A stretch of 64,000 bases of DNA from an uncultured Actinomycetota bacterium (lineage in GTDB: Bacteria; Actinomycetota; Actinomycetes; JAHEKZ01): contig CAVURN010000001.1 in the NCBI GenBank assembly GCA_963743915.1, positions 320,001-384,000 on the forward strand. The letters are read 5' to 3'. Made by a program: the position numbers and the translations under genes. The notes under the pieces are model-generated. The model saw nothing but the letters and a program-made list of their open reading frames with translations, searched no databases and had not been told where the DNA came from. Of the stretch, positions 22,368 to 33,905 are shown piece after piece. Within the stretch, counting starts at the first letter, position 1. Each line of letters opens with the position of its first letter.

Positions 22368-23036
22368 CTATTGAGCGACGGTCCCCGGTGGGGCCCCGAC
22401 CTCGGGGCTCCAGAGGTGGGGGACTTCCACGTCGAGGTCGCGGAGCAGGGCGCGTAGCAGCGGCAGCGACAGCCCGAGGACCGTGCCGGGGTCGCCTTCG
22501 ATGCCGTCGACGAACCAGCCGCCGAGCCGGTCCAGGGTGAAGGCACCCGCCACCCGCAGCGGCTCACCGGTCGCGACGTAGGCCTCGATCTCGGCGTCCG
22601 TCGGACGCCCGAAGTGCACCGTCGCCGACGCCAGGCGACTGAGGCTCCGGTGCTCCGCCCGGCGGGCGTGGTCCCCCCGCAGCTCCACCAGGCAGTGCCC
22701 GGTGTGCAGGACGCCCGTGCGGCCGCGCATCTCCCGCCACCGCTGGACTGCCTCGGTGGTGTCGGCGGGCTTGCCGAAGGCGACGCCGTCGAGCTCGAGG
22801 ACGGAGTCGCAGCCGAGGACCAGGGTCTGCTGCAGGGCAGGGGCGGCGGCGAGGGCGAGCCGGTCGGCCACCGCCCGCGCCTTGTGCTCGGCGAGCAGCA
22901 GCGCGAGCTCGTCGGGTGGACCGGTGACCGCCTCCTCGTCGACCCCGCTGACCTCGACCTCCGGCTCGACGCCTGCAGCGCGCAGCAGACCGAGTCGTGC
23001 GGGCGAGGCCGATGCCAGGACGAAGCGCAGTGACAT
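22368..23036 (-). CDS. maf: Maf family nucleoside triphosphate pyrophosphatase
   Basis: [26 protein letters not shown]. Confidence 0.92.
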   Translation of the reverse strand: MSLRFVLASASPARLGLLRAAGVEPEVEVSGVDEEAVTGPPDELALLLAEHKARAVADRLALAAAPALQQTLVLGCDSVLELDGVAFGKPADTTEAVQRWREMRGRTGVLHTGHCLVELRGDHARRAEHRSLSRLASATVHFGRPTDAEIEAYVATGEPLRVAGAFTLDRLGGWFVDGIEGDPGTVLGLSLPLLRALLRDLDVEVPHLWSPEVGAPPGTVAQ

Positions 23037-23052
23037 CAGAAGTGCCGTGCCA

Positions 23053-23270
23053 TCACCGTGGCAGGGTCGAGAGCCGCCAGGCGTCCGGACCTGGGCGGAG
23101 TGACGGCCGAACCTGTCGCGACCGCGACGCCCACGCCGAACGGCGTGACGCCGCAACCCCGTCCGCGGACCGGCTTCGCGTGGTGAGGACGGCGACGAGC
23201 GCGGCGACCTCGTCCGGAGCGGGATCCCCGCGCACCACACGGAGCAGCGGGGCGGCAGGCTCGGCTGCGC

Positions 23271-23274
<4 letters not shown>
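23053..23274 (-). CDS. Acyl-CoA carboxylase epsilon subunit
   Basis: [18 protein letters not shown]...W...PGPDAWR; directly after the beta subunit. Confidence 0.88.
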
Positions 23275-24896
<1,622 letters not shown>

Positions 24897-24941
24897 GGCG
24901 GTCAGCGTAGCGACGTGGGGCGGAGGCACACCGCCGGCCCG

Positions 24942-24969
24942 TCAAGTCGAGGTCTCGCCGAGTCGATCA
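24942..24969 (+). promoter_or_regulatory. Sigma28-type promoter of DGC 1
   Basis: TCAAG-N15-GTCGATCA. Confidence 0.6.
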
Positions 24970-24989
24970 TTACCACGGAGAATGCGGTG

Positions 24990-26651
24990 ATGACCCAGGC
25001 ACCGAGGCCGGACCGGCCCCGGACAGATCCGCGCGCCGACCGCGCGCGCGGTGAGGCACGCCTCCGCGCCCTCAGCGACGTCGGCCGAGCGGGCGTCGGC
25101 TTCCCCAAGCCCGAGGCCACCCAGCGGATCATCCTCGCCGCCATGCGTGCGGCCGAGGCCGACGCCGCGTCCCTCGGCGTGTGGGACCCACGCCGTCAGG
25201 TGCTGCGCGCCGTCCTGAACGTCGGCGACCTGGCCGAGTGGGAGGAGGAGTGGCCGGAGGACGAGGTGTACGAGGCGGACCAGAGCACCTGGCTCGCCGG
25301 CATGAGCGAGGGGCGGCTCGGCGCGGTGCTCTGCCTCGACGATCCCGATCTCGCGCCGGACGACCGCGAGTACCTGCTGTCGCTCGGCAAGCACAGCTCG
25401 ATCAGTGTCCCGCTGCTGTACGCCGGCCAGTGGTGGGGCGAGCTCTTCGTGTCGCGTGCCGATCCCGCGAGGCCGTTCACCGTGGACGACCTCGACTGGG
25501 TGTCGGCGGTCGCGGCCCAGGTGAGCGCGGCACTCGAGGGCGTCGACCACGTGGCGCGGGTCGAGCAGCTGGCCCAGACCGACTCCATGACCGGCCTCGC
25601 GAACCGGCGTGCCCTTGACCAGTGGCTCGACTCCGCGATGGTCGCGCTCCGTGCCGAAGGGAGGCCCATCGGTCTGTGCGTGGTCGACCTCAACGGGCTC
25701 AAGCGCATCAACGACGACCAGGGTCACGACGCCGGAGACCGAGTGCTGCAGCAGCTCGGGGACATCCTGCTCGACGCCTCCGCCGAGTTCGAGCACACCA
25801 TCGTCGCCCGACTCGGAGGTGACGAGTTCTGCATCGCGGTGAGCGGTCCCGACGCCGCCAGGATCGTCGAGGCCGCCCACGAGGTCTGTCGGCACGGCTG
25901 GGCGGCACTGCCGCACGGGATCGCCGCCGGCGTGGTGTCGACCACGGACGCGATCGGCGCCGTGGACGCGTCGGCGCGGCTGCTCCGGCTCGCTGACGCG
26001 GCGCAGTACCGCGCGAAGCGGCTGCATTCCCGAGCGCCGGTCGTCGCCGGTCGCCCCCTGCCCCCGGAGCTGGCGTCGACCGTGACCGTCGACCAGGACG
26101 ACGCTGCGCCCGACCGAAGGCTGCTCCGAGGCCGCGAGGAGTCGACGCTCGGCCACCTGACCGACGCCGCCCTTCGAGCTCTCGACCAGGCGCGGCACGA
26201 GCCGGTGCGCACCCGTCTGGCGATGGTGGCCGACCTGGTCACCCATCACGTCGACGCCATCGGTTGGTGGCTGTCGCTGGTCCCGGCGGGAGCCGAGGCG
26301 CTCAACACGGTCGACTTCGCCCTCTATCGACGTCCTCCTGACATCGACCCCGAGGAGCTGCGCCGCGAGCTTTCGGGAGTCTTCGCCCTGGTGACCTACC
26401 CGCAGACCCACCTGGCGCTGGCCGGAACCTCGTACACCGTGACCACGACCGACGTCGCCGCTGACCCCGCCGAGCTGGCCATCCTCGACGGACTCGGAGC
26501 CTCCGGGGTCGTGGCGGCGGGTGGCCGGGACGCCGAGGGTGACGGCTGGCTGGTCGAGGTCTTCCTCGACGAGCTGAGCGGCGCCGGTCAGGAGATGGCC
26601 GGCGTGCTGCGGCTGTTCGTGCTGGCCGCCCTGCATCCGCTCCCGCTCTAG
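24990..26651 (+). CDS. Diguanylate cyclase 1 (GAF-GGDEF-GAF-like)
   Basis: GAF (VPLLYAGQWWGEL), TDSMTGLANRR, DLNGLKRINDDQGHDAGD, ARLGGDEF, ADAAQYRAK, C-terminal extension of about 170 aa. Confidence 0.92.
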   Translation: MTQAPRPDRPRTDPRADRARGEARLRALSDVGRAGVGFPKPEATQRIILAAMRAAEADAASLGVWDPRRQVLRAVLNVGDLAEWEEEWPEDEVYEADQSTWLAGMSEGRLGAVLCLDDPDLAPDDREYLLSLGKHSSISVPLLYAGQWWGELFVSRADPARPFTVDDLDWVSAVAAQVSAALEGVDHVARVEQLAQTDSMTGLANRRALDQWLDSAMVALRAEGRPIGLCVVDLNGLKRINDDQGHDAGDRVLQQLGDILLDASAEFEHTIVARLGGDEFCIAVSGPDAARIVEAAHEVCRHGWAALPHGIAAGVVSTTDAIGAVDASARLLRLADAAQYRAKRLHSRAPVVAGRPLPPELASTVTVDQDDAAPDRRLLRGREESTLGHLTDAALRALDQARHEPVRTRLAMVADLVTHHVDAIGWWLSLVPAGAEALNTVDFALYRRPPDIDPEELRRELSGVFALVTYPQTHLALAGTSYTVTTTDVAADPAELAILDGLGASGVVAAGGRDAEGDGWLVEVFLDELSGAGQEMAGVLRLFVLAALHPLPL

Positions 26652-26681
26652 CCGGAGCTGCCTGCGGCACTGTCCGACCGG

Positions 26682-26709
26682 TCAAGCCACCCCCTCGCGC
26701 CCCCGATAC
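26682..26709 (+). promoter_or_regulatory. Sigma28-type promoter of DGC 2
   Basis: TCAAG-N15-CCCGATAC. Confidence 0.68.
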
Positions 26710-26747
26710 AGAACGGGAGAGGGGGCACGACCATCGACTCTGTCGGC

Positions 26748-28382
26748 ATGGCTCCGGCACCGGAGCTGGCCGTCCCATGGGACGAGCCGGCGGTTGCCGC
26801 GCGCTTTCGCGGCCTTGCAGACGTCGCCCGCGTGGCGACGGCCACCTCCGGCACCGATCTGCTCCGCCGGGTGTCACTCGCGGCGATGCACGCACTGGGC
26901 GGCGCATCGGTGTCGCTGAGCGTGTCTGAGCCCGAGAGGGCAGGGTTGCGGTGCGTCCTCAACGACGGCGAGCTCGGCCCGGGCGAGGTGCCGGAGCCGG
27001 TGGACGAGTTCTACAGCCTCGCGGACTACGGTCCCGCCCTGCAGATCCTCGAGAGCCAGCGCGCGTTCCACGTCTCGTGTGCGGACCAGGGCGCCTACGC
27101 CGACCTGCTGCGGCGGCTCGGCAAGGGCAGCTGCATCGTGGCGCCGATCCCCTTGGACGGTCGGGTGTGGGGCGAGCTGTTCATCACCAGGCGGGTGGAC
27201 CAGACGACGTTCGGTCCTTCTGACACCGACTTCGCGGTGGCCGTTGCCGCCCAGGTGGGGGCGGCGATCGCCACCTCCGAGCACCTCGGCCGCGCGGAGG
27301 CCCTCGCGCACACCGACCCGCTGACCGGTCTGGCCAACCGGTTGGCCGTGGAGAGGTGGTTCGACGCGGCCATGGCCGACCACCGTGAGAACGGCACGAC
27401 GGTGGCCCTGCTCGTGTGCGACGTGAACGGACTCAAGCTCGTCAACGACCGCCATGGCCACGAGGCAGGCGACCGGCTGCTGCGTGACGTGGCCGGAATC
27501 CTGAGGGAGACCAGTTCGCGCATGCTCGCAGGCGCGCTCCTCGCCCGGCTCGGGGGCGACGAGTTCGCGGTCGTGGTGGCGGGTCGTGCCCCGGACGACG
27601 TGGTCACCTTTGCCGAGGAGCTCAGCCTGCAGGCCTGGCGACGGCTGCCGCACGGCGTCGCAGTGGGGGTGGCGAGCACCGGCGACGCGGTCGGCGCCAT
27701 CGACAACGGGGAGCGCCTCTTCCGGCTGGCCGACGCGGCGCAGTACCGGGCCAAGCGCACCAGCTCCCGGTTCCCCGTGGTGGCGGGCCGTGCAGTTCCG
27801 GTCGAAGCCGCGTCCTCCCTGGCCGCCGAACCGACGCGGCACAGTGAGGACCGACGGCTGCGACGGGGGGACCAGCACTCCGCGCCCCTGCAGCTGCTCG
27901 ACGCCGCCCTCAGAGCCCTGGACGAGGAGCACGGCCAGTCCCCGCAGCTGCGTCTGGGTCTGGTCGCGGACCTGGTCAGTCATCACCTGGACGCCGTCGG
28001 ATGGTGGCTGTCGCGCGTGGGAGCCGGCGAGACGGAGGTCACGACGGTCGACTTCGCGGTCTACCGGGCCCTGCCCGGGCTGACGCCCGAGGAGCTCGCG
28101 ACCGAGATCGGGGCAAGCTTCCCGGTGGACCGGTACCCCTCGACCGCCCAGGCGCTACGGGGAGGCGCCTTCGCGATCAGGGCCGACGATCCGGAGGCTG
28201 ACGTCGCGGAGCTGGCGATCCTCGACGACCTGTCCGCCGCCGCGGTCGTCGGCGCAGGAGGGCAGGACGAGGACGGGCAGGGCTGGTTGGTCGAGGTCTA
28301 CACCGATGCACTGAGCGGGTCCGAGCGCGACCTCGCCATCTTGCTGCGGGTGCTCGTGGCCATCGCCCTGAGTCGACCCTGA
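26748..28382 (+). CDS. Diguanylate cyclase 2 (GAF-GGDEF-GAF-like)
   Basis: APIPLDGRVWGEL, TDPLTGLANR, DVNGLKLVNDRHGHEAGD, ARLGGDEF, ADAAQYRAK. Confidence 0.92.
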   Translation: MAPAPELAVPWDEPAVAARFRGLADVARVATATSGTDLLRRVSLAAMHALGGASVSLSVSEPERAGLRCVLNDGELGPGEVPEPVDEFYSLADYGPALQILESQRAFHVSCADQGAYADLLRRLGKGSCIVAPIPLDGRVWGELFITRRVDQTTFGPSDTDFAVAVAAQVGAAIATSEHLGRAEALAHTDPLTGLANRLAVERWFDAAMADHRENGTTVALLVCDVNGLKLVNDRHGHEAGDRLLRDVAGILRETSSRMLAGALLARLGGDEFAVVVAGRAPDDVVTFAEELSLQAWRRLPHGVAVGVASTGDAVGAIDNGERLFRLADAAQYRAKRTSSRFPVVAGRAVPVEAASSLAAEPTRHSEDRRLRRGDQHSAPLQLLDAALRALDEEHGQSPQLRLGLVADLVSHHLDAVGWWLSRVGAGETEVTTVDFAVYRALPGLTPEELATEIGASFPVDRYPSTAQALRGGAFAIRADDPEADVAELAILDDLSAAAVVGAGGQDEDGQGWLVEVYTDALSGSERDLAILLRVLVAIALSRP

Positions 28383-28427
28383 CCCCTGGATCGGCCGTCA
28401 GCGGGCGATCGCGGGGGCCTTCCACGC

Positions 28428-28456
28428 TCAAGCACCCGCCCCACGCACGCCGATAG
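28428..28456 (+). promoter_or_regulatory. Sigma28-type promoter of DGC 3
   Basis: TCAAG-N16-GCCGATAG. Confidence 0.72.
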
Positions 28457-28477
28457 TCAGGTGTCGGGAGGGATCGG

Positions 28478-30157
28478 ATGCCGGTAGGCCATGACGCGCG
28501 CCCAGAGTCTGGGCGTCGCGAGCACGTCGCCACGCGCCTGGGCGCGCTGGCTGACATCGCGCGCGCTGCGTGGGCAGGCAGCCAGGTCGAGCTGCTGCGG
28601 CAGGCGGGGGAGTCGGCGCTGCAGGCGCTCGATGCGGCGTCGGCCTCGATCTCCCGCTGGGACCCCGATCTCGGGCAGGTACGCACCCTCCTCAACCTGG
28701 GGCAGCTCGGACCCGAGGAGCAGCCGGAGCCGGCGGACGAGGTCTACCGGGCCGACAGCTACGTCCACCTGCAGACGATGGTCCAGGACCTCACGGGATG
28801 GTCCACGAACGTCGATGTCGGAAGCCCCTCGGACGCCGACGTGCAGCTGCTGCGCGCCCTGGACAAGCACTGCAGCGTGGGAGCCCCCATCCCCCTCGAG
28901 GGACGGATCTGGGGCGAGCTGTTCCTCAGCCGGCGTGCCGACCAGCCATGCTTCGACGACACCGACGTGGATCTCGCACTCGTGGTGGCCGCGCAGATCG
29001 GTGCCGCACTGGCCACGGCGGACCACCTCGACACCGTCGACCGGATGGCGCGCACCGACCCGCTCACCGGGCTCGGCAACCGTCGCGCGGTCGACGAGGC
29101 GCTCGACGCCGCGATGGCGCGCCACCGCACCGAGCAGGTCGATGTGGCCCTGGTGGTCTGCGACCTCAACGGGCTCAAGCGGATCAACGACGAGCAGGGC
29201 CATGACGCCGGCGACCGCGCACTCGTCCGGTTCGCGGGCATGCTCTCGAACGTGGCCGCGGGCCTGGAGGGCGCGCTGGCAGCCCGGCTCGGTGGTGACG
29301 AGTTCTGCATCGTGGTCTCCGACATCGACGCCGACACGGTGGTCGAGGCAGCCGAGACGCTGTGCCGACGCGTGCTCCGGTCACCCTTGGAGGGGGTGTC
29401 CTGCGGCGTCGCCTGCACCGCGGACGACGTCGGCGACGTGGACTCGACCGGACGGCTCTTCCGCCTCGCCGACGCCGCGCAGTACCGGGCCAAGCGGAGC
29501 CGCGCCACCGTTCCCGTCGTGGCCGGACGTGGGCTGCCTCCCGGCGTCACCGGCTACGAGTCGACCAACGCCCCCAGTGCCGCAGGGGAGCGCCGGCTGT
29601 TCCGTGGTCGGGACCTGTCCGAGACCGCCCGACTCCTGCGCGCAGGGCTGGACCTGCTGGACGACTCGCGCGACCGCACCGTCGAGGACCGGTTGGTGCA
29701 GGTGGCCGAGCTGGTCTCCGAGCAGGTCCACCCACTGGCGTGGTGGCTGTCCGGGGTCGACCACGAGGCGGGCCTCGTGACCACCCTCCGCCACGCGATC
29801 CACCGGACCCCCTCCCGTCCCGGTGAGGAGCTCTCGTCCGGGATCGGCAACCAGTACCGCCTCGTGGACTACCCGCTCACCGCCCACGCGGTGCAGGGCC
29901 ACGCGGTGGCCCTGCACTCCGGCGACCCCGACGTCGACCCGGCCGAGCTGGCCATGCTCGACGGCATGGGGGCCATGAGCCTGCTGATGGCAGGGGTGCG
30001 CGACCCCTCCGGAGCCGGCTGGCTGCTCGAGATCGTGGGGGACGCCATGAGCTCGCCCAGCGCCGACCTCGGCATGCCGTTGCGGGCGCTGATGACGGCC
30101 GCCGCACTCGAGGCAGCAGGTGCGCGGTCCGATGCCGGACGACTCGCCGCCCGCTAG
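28478..30157 (+). CDS. Diguanylate cyclase 3 (GAF-GGDEF-GAF-like)
   Basis: APIPLEGRIWGEL, TDPLTGLGNRR, DLNGLKRINDEQGHDAGD, ARLGGDEF, ADAAQYRAK. Confidence 0.92.
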   Translation: MPVGHDARPESGRREHVATRLGALADIARAAWAGSQVELLRQAGESALQALDAASASISRWDPDLGQVRTLLNLGQLGPEEQPEPADEVYRADSYVHLQTMVQDLTGWSTNVDVGSPSDADVQLLRALDKHCSVGAPIPLEGRIWGELFLSRRADQPCFDDTDVDLALVVAAQIGAALATADHLDTVDRMARTDPLTGLGNRRAVDEALDAAMARHRTEQVDVALVVCDLNGLKRINDEQGHDAGDRALVRFAGMLSNVAAGLEGALAARLGGDEFCIVVSDIDADTVVEAAETLCRRVLRSPLEGVSCGVACTADDVGDVDSTGRLFRLADAAQYRAKRSRATVPVVAGRGLPPGVTGYESTNAPSAAGERRLFRGRDLSETARLLRAGLDLLDDSRDRTVEDRLVQVAELVSEQVHPLAWWLSGVDHEAGLVTTLRHAIHRTPSRPGEELSSGIGNQYRLVDYPLTAHAVQGHAVALHSGDPDVDPAELAMLDGMGAMSLLMAGVRDPSGAGWLLEIVGDAMSSPSADLGMPLRALMTAAALEAAGARSDAGRLAAR

Positions 30158-30166
30158 CCTGGCGCG

Positions 30167-30974
30167 GTGCCCGACGTCGCCGACCTCCGGCGCCCGCTGT
30201 TGCCCGAGGCCCCTCACCCCGACGACCTCTGGACCAGCATCGAGGTGCTCACCTCGACTCCCTCGAGCAACGCCGAGCTGGTCCGGCGGGCGCGCGCCGG
30301 AGCACGTCACGGCGCGGTCCTCGTGGCCGAGGAGCAGACGGCCGGGCGCGGGCGGCGCGACCGTGGCTGGAGCGCTCCCGCTCACTCGTCGCTGATGGTG
30401 AGCGCCCTCGTGCGTCCGCGGGTGGATCCGAGCCAGTGGGGGTGGCTTCCGCTCCTCACCGCGGTGGCGGTTGCCGAGGTGGTCGCGTTCGCCGGTGTCG
30501 CGCGCCCCGAGGTCAAGTGGCCCAACGACGTCCTCGTCGGCGGACGCAAGATCGCCGGCGTGCTGTGCGAGGTCGTCCCCGAGGAGGGAACGGCCGTCAC
30601 GGAACCGGCCGGGAGCCGCCGTCGTGGCCGGATTCGGTCTGAACGTCAGTCAGTCGGCTGCCGAGCTGCCGCACGCCGCGGCCACCTCGCTGCTGCTCGA
30701 GGGTGCGCGGACCGACCGCGCTGCCCTGCTGCGCCACGTCCTGCACCGGTTGTCGCACTGGTACCGCAGCTGGGAGAGCGGTGACCGCGCCAGCGTGCAC
30801 GTGGCCTACCAGTCCTGCTCGTCGACCCTCGGGACCCGCGTCCGCGCGACGCTGCCTGGGGGGCGGACTCTGGAGGGCACCGCAGTGGCGCTGGCGGAAG
30901 GAGGCGGGCTCGTGGTGCGCGTCGGTGCCGACGAGATCGTGGTGGCTGCCGCGGACGTCGTGCACCTCCGATGA
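30167..30974 (+). CDS. birA: Biotin--[acetyl-CoA carboxylase] ligase (frameshifted in 30575-30613)
   Basis: AEEQTAGRGR, KWPNDV, KIAGVL in one frame; GFGLNV...AADVVHLR in the next. Confidence 0.9.
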
Positions 30975-30993
30975 GTTCTGCCACCATGAGCCC

Positions 30994-31500
30994 ATGGCCT
31001 ATCCCGAGAAGCTGCTGACAGAGGGCGAGCAGATCGTCTACGACATGCGTCCCCACTGGCGGATCCTGTTCTTCCCGGCGGTCGTTCTTGTCCTGCTCGT
31101 GTTCGGCACGGTCCTGCTGCTCTCGTGGGTGCCGGCCGACTGGGGGTGGGCGACGTGGGCCGTGCTCGGACTGGCCGCCGTCGCGTTCGTCGCGTGGGTG
31201 CTGGTGCCCGTCGTGCGCTGGGCCACGTCGCAGTACGTCATCACCAACCGACGGGTGATCGTGCGCTCGGGGATCGTCGCGCGACAGGGGCGCGACATGC
31301 CACTGGCACGCGTCAACGACGTGCATTTCCGCTACGGCGTCATCGACCGGATCCTCGGCTGTGGCGACCTGATCGTCGAGTCTGCGGGGGAGACCGGACA
31401 GCTCCGCATCGGGGCAGTGCCGGACGTGGAGCTCATCCAGCGGGAGATCTTCCGGCTCCACGAGGAGGACGACCGGCGTCGGCGGAGTGAGGGTGACTGA
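30994..31500 (+). CDS. Membrane protein with bacterial PH domain
   Basis: MAYPEKLL...RPHW, two TM segments, YVITNRRV, DRILGCGDL.VESAG. Confidence 0.85.
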   Translation: MAYPEKLLTEGEQIVYDMRPHWRILFFPAVVLVLLVFGTVLLLSWVPADWGWATWAVLGLAAVAFVAWVLVPVVRWATSQYVITNRRVIVRSGIVARQGRDMPLARVNDVHFRYGVIDRILGCGDLIVESAGETGQLRIGAVPDVELIQREIFRLHEEDDRRRRSEGD

Positions 31501-31530
31501 CCCCTTACCGAGCGCGCCTACGATCAGAGC

Positions 31531-32199
31531 GTGACACTCGTGCTGCTTGCTGAGGACGATGCAGCGATCAGCGAGCCACTCGCCCGCGCACTGCGCCGGC
31601 AGGGCTACGACGTCCATGTGGCCGACACGGGCGTGGCTGCCCTGCAGTCGGCGCGCGGGAGCGACCTGGTCGTGCTCGATCTCGGACTGCCCGGGATGGA
31701 CGGCCTGGAGGTGTGCCGCACGCTTCGCGCTCAGGGGCTGTCCGTGCCGGTTCTCGTCCTGACCGCCCGCTCCGCGGAGATCGACACCGTGGTGGGCCTG
31801 GACGCCGGCGCCGACGACTACGTCAGCAAGCCGTTCCGCACCGCCGAGCTCATGGCGCGCATCCGGGCGCTGCTGCGCCGCGGGGCCAGCCAGCCCGAGA
31901 CGCTCGACGGTCAGGACCTGCACATCGACCTGGTCGCGCGTCAGGTCTGGCAGGGCGAGCACGAGGTCGTGCTGTCCCAGCGCCAGTTCGACCTCCTCTC
32001 GTTCCTGGTGCGTCGTGCGGGAGCCGTGGTCACCCGCGAGGAGCTGATGCGGCAGGTCTGGCAGACGAGCTGGATCGGGTCTACCAAGACCGTGGACATG
32101 CATGTGTCGTGGCTGCGACGCGCCCTCGGCGACAACGTCGCGGCGCCTCGCTACATCAGCACCGTGCGCGGCGTCGGCTTCCGGTTCGAGGAGGGCTGA
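31531..32199 (+). CDS. OmpR-family response regulator (DraR-like)
   Basis: LLAEDDAAISEPLARAL, LDLGLPGMDG, TKTVDMHVSWLRR; lies near gtrA/purK like Streptomyces draRK. Confidence 0.9.
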   Translation: MTLVLLAEDDAAISEPLARALRRQGYDVHVADTGVAALQSARGSDLVVLDLGLPGMDGLEVCRTLRAQGLSVPVLVLTARSAEIDTVVGLDAGADDYVSKPFRTAELMARIRALLRRGASQPETLDGQDLHIDLVARQVWQGEHEVVLSQRQFDLLSFLVRRAGAVVTREELMRQVWQTSWIGSTKTVDMHVSWLRRALGDNVAAPRYISTVRGVGFRFEEG

Positions 32200-32200
32200 G

Positions 32201-33514
32201 GTGCGGCGGCGCCTTCTGCGCACGACGCTCGGCTCGACCCTTGCGCTGATCGCACTCATGACCGGGCTGATGCTGTGGGGGGACTGGATCGGCAACGACA
32301 CGCGCTTCCAGCGGCAGATCGACGCGGAGCTGGACCGTGTGGTGTCGCAGCTCCACGAGGACTTCCATGACAGTGGGCAGGCCCTGACCGAGGAGCAGGT
32401 GGATCGCGTGCTGCCTGCAGGGCGGCGGGTCGAGATCGCCCTGGTGGCCGGCGGGCAGCTGGTCGCCGGAAAGACCCATGTCACCGGGCCATCGGCGGAA
32501 CTCGTCGTCGAGGATCTCGGGACGATCCGGCTCATCGACACCTCGGGCGCCCTGGGCCGGACCCACCTGCTCGCGTCCACGGTGATCGTCGGCATCGGGC
32601 TCCTGTTCGCAGGCCTGGCGGCTTTGGTCCTGATCCGGATGTCCCGCCGGTTGACCCAGCCCTTCGAGGACCTGGTCGCACATGCCGAGCGCCTGCAGAG
32701 CGGCGACCTACGGCTGCTCGACCGGCACTACGGCATCGAGGAGTTCGACCGGCTGGTCGCGGCGATGAACGCGTCCGTGAGTCGCGTCCTGGCGCTCCTG
32801 GCCGAGGAGAGAAAGCTGACCATCGATGCCAGCCATCAGCTGAAGACACCTCTGACTGCACTGTCGCTGCGGCTCGAGGAGCTGAGTGAGCTGCGCGTGG
32901 AGCAGCACGAGCGCGCGGAGGTGCTCCTGGCCCTCGAGCAGGTCGAGCGGCTGTCCGCGGTCGTCGACGACCTTCTCGTGGAGCGACGGTCGGCCGATGC
33001 CCACCGCGGGCAGGTGCCACTCGAGGCCGTGGTCGACCAGCAGCAGTCCGAGTGGCAGCACGTCTTCGCGGTACGGGGTCGGGCGCTGCATGTGGACGGC
33101 ACGTTGCGCGAGGCCTGCCCGGTGGATCCCGGCCCGGTGGGGCAGGTGATCGCCACCCTGCTCGAGAACAGCCTGCAGCACGGGGCAGGCGCCACCACCA
33201 TCGCGCTGCGTGACCCGAACGGAACCGCGTGGGTCGAGGTGTCGGACGAAGGCCCGGGCGTGCCCGATGACATTGCTGCCACGGTGTTCGAGCGTGAGGT
33301 GAGTGGTGGGGGCGGCACGGGGCTCGGGCTGGCGGCAGCCCAGGACGCGGCGGTGTCAGTGGGTGGTCGCCTCGCTCTCGTGAGCCGACGTCCCGCTCGG
33401 TTCCGCCTGTTCCTGGACCTTCGGGAAGACCCAGCGGCGGTAGGACCAGAACCGGAACAAGGTGCCCAGAGCGAGCCCGATGAGGTTCGCCGAGATGTTG
33501 TCGGCGATCGCTGA
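32201..33514 (+). CDS. Sensor histidine kinase (DraK-like)
   Basis: Two TM segments, DASHQLKTPLTALSLRLEE, LLENSLQHG, DEGPG, GTGLGL. Confidence 0.88.
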   Translation: MRRRLLRTTLGSTLALIALMTGLMLWGDWIGNDTRFQRQIDAELDRVVSQLHEDFHDSGQALTEEQVDRVLPAGRRVEIALVAGGQLVAGKTHVTGPSAELVVEDLGTIRLIDTSGALGRTHLLASTVIVGIGLLFAGLAALVLIRMSRRLTQPFEDLVAHAERLQSGDLRLLDRHYGIEEFDRLVAAMNASVSRVLALLAEERKLTIDASHQLKTPLTALSLRLEELSELRVEQHERAEVLLALEQVERLSAVVDDLLVERRSADAHRGQVPLEAVVDQQQSEWQHVFAVRGRALHVDGTLREACPVDPGPVGQVIATLLENSLQHGAGATTIALRDPNGTAWVEVSDEGPGVPDDIAATVFEREVSGGGGTGLGLAAAQDAAVSVGGRLALVSRRPARFRLFLDLREDPAAVGPEPEQGAQSEPDEVRRDVVGDR

Positions 33515-33883
33515 GTCGAGGCCGAGCACGTAGCGCGACACGGCGAGCGGGAAGAGGGTCAGCGCCAACCCGATGCCGTTCAGGACGAAGTAGAGGGAGT
33601 ACTCACGCCAGAATCCGCGACGCTGCCGCGACTTCCAGGTCCACTCGCGATTCACCTGGTACGCGAAGACTGTGGCCACGACGACCGAGAGGGTCTTGGC
33701 GGTGAGCGGTTTGTCCTCCAGGACTCCAGGATCGCCGACGTGGACCAGCAGGTTGAAGATGACGACGTCGATGACGAAGGCGCCGAGGCCCACCACGGAG
33801 AACCGGAGGAGCTCGCCGATCCCGCGCCGCAGCCGGGCGAGGAACGACTCGCGGGGCGCTTGCGCACGGGACACCATCATCAA
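33356..33883 (-). CDS. GtrA family membrane protein
   Basis: ELLRFSVVG, four TM segments, FRFWSYRRWVF. Confidence 0.88.
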   Translation of the reverse strand: MMMVSRAQAPRESFLARLRRGIGELLRFSVVGLGAFVIDVVIFNLLVHVGDPGVLEDKPLTAKTLSVVVATVFAYQVNREWTWKSRQRRGFWREYSLYFVLNGIGLALTLFPLAVSRYVLGLDSAIADNISANLIGLALGTLFRFWSYRRWVFPKVQEQAEPSGTSAHESEATTH

Positions 33884-33905
33884 CCGAGGCTACCTGCGCG
33901 TGTCG

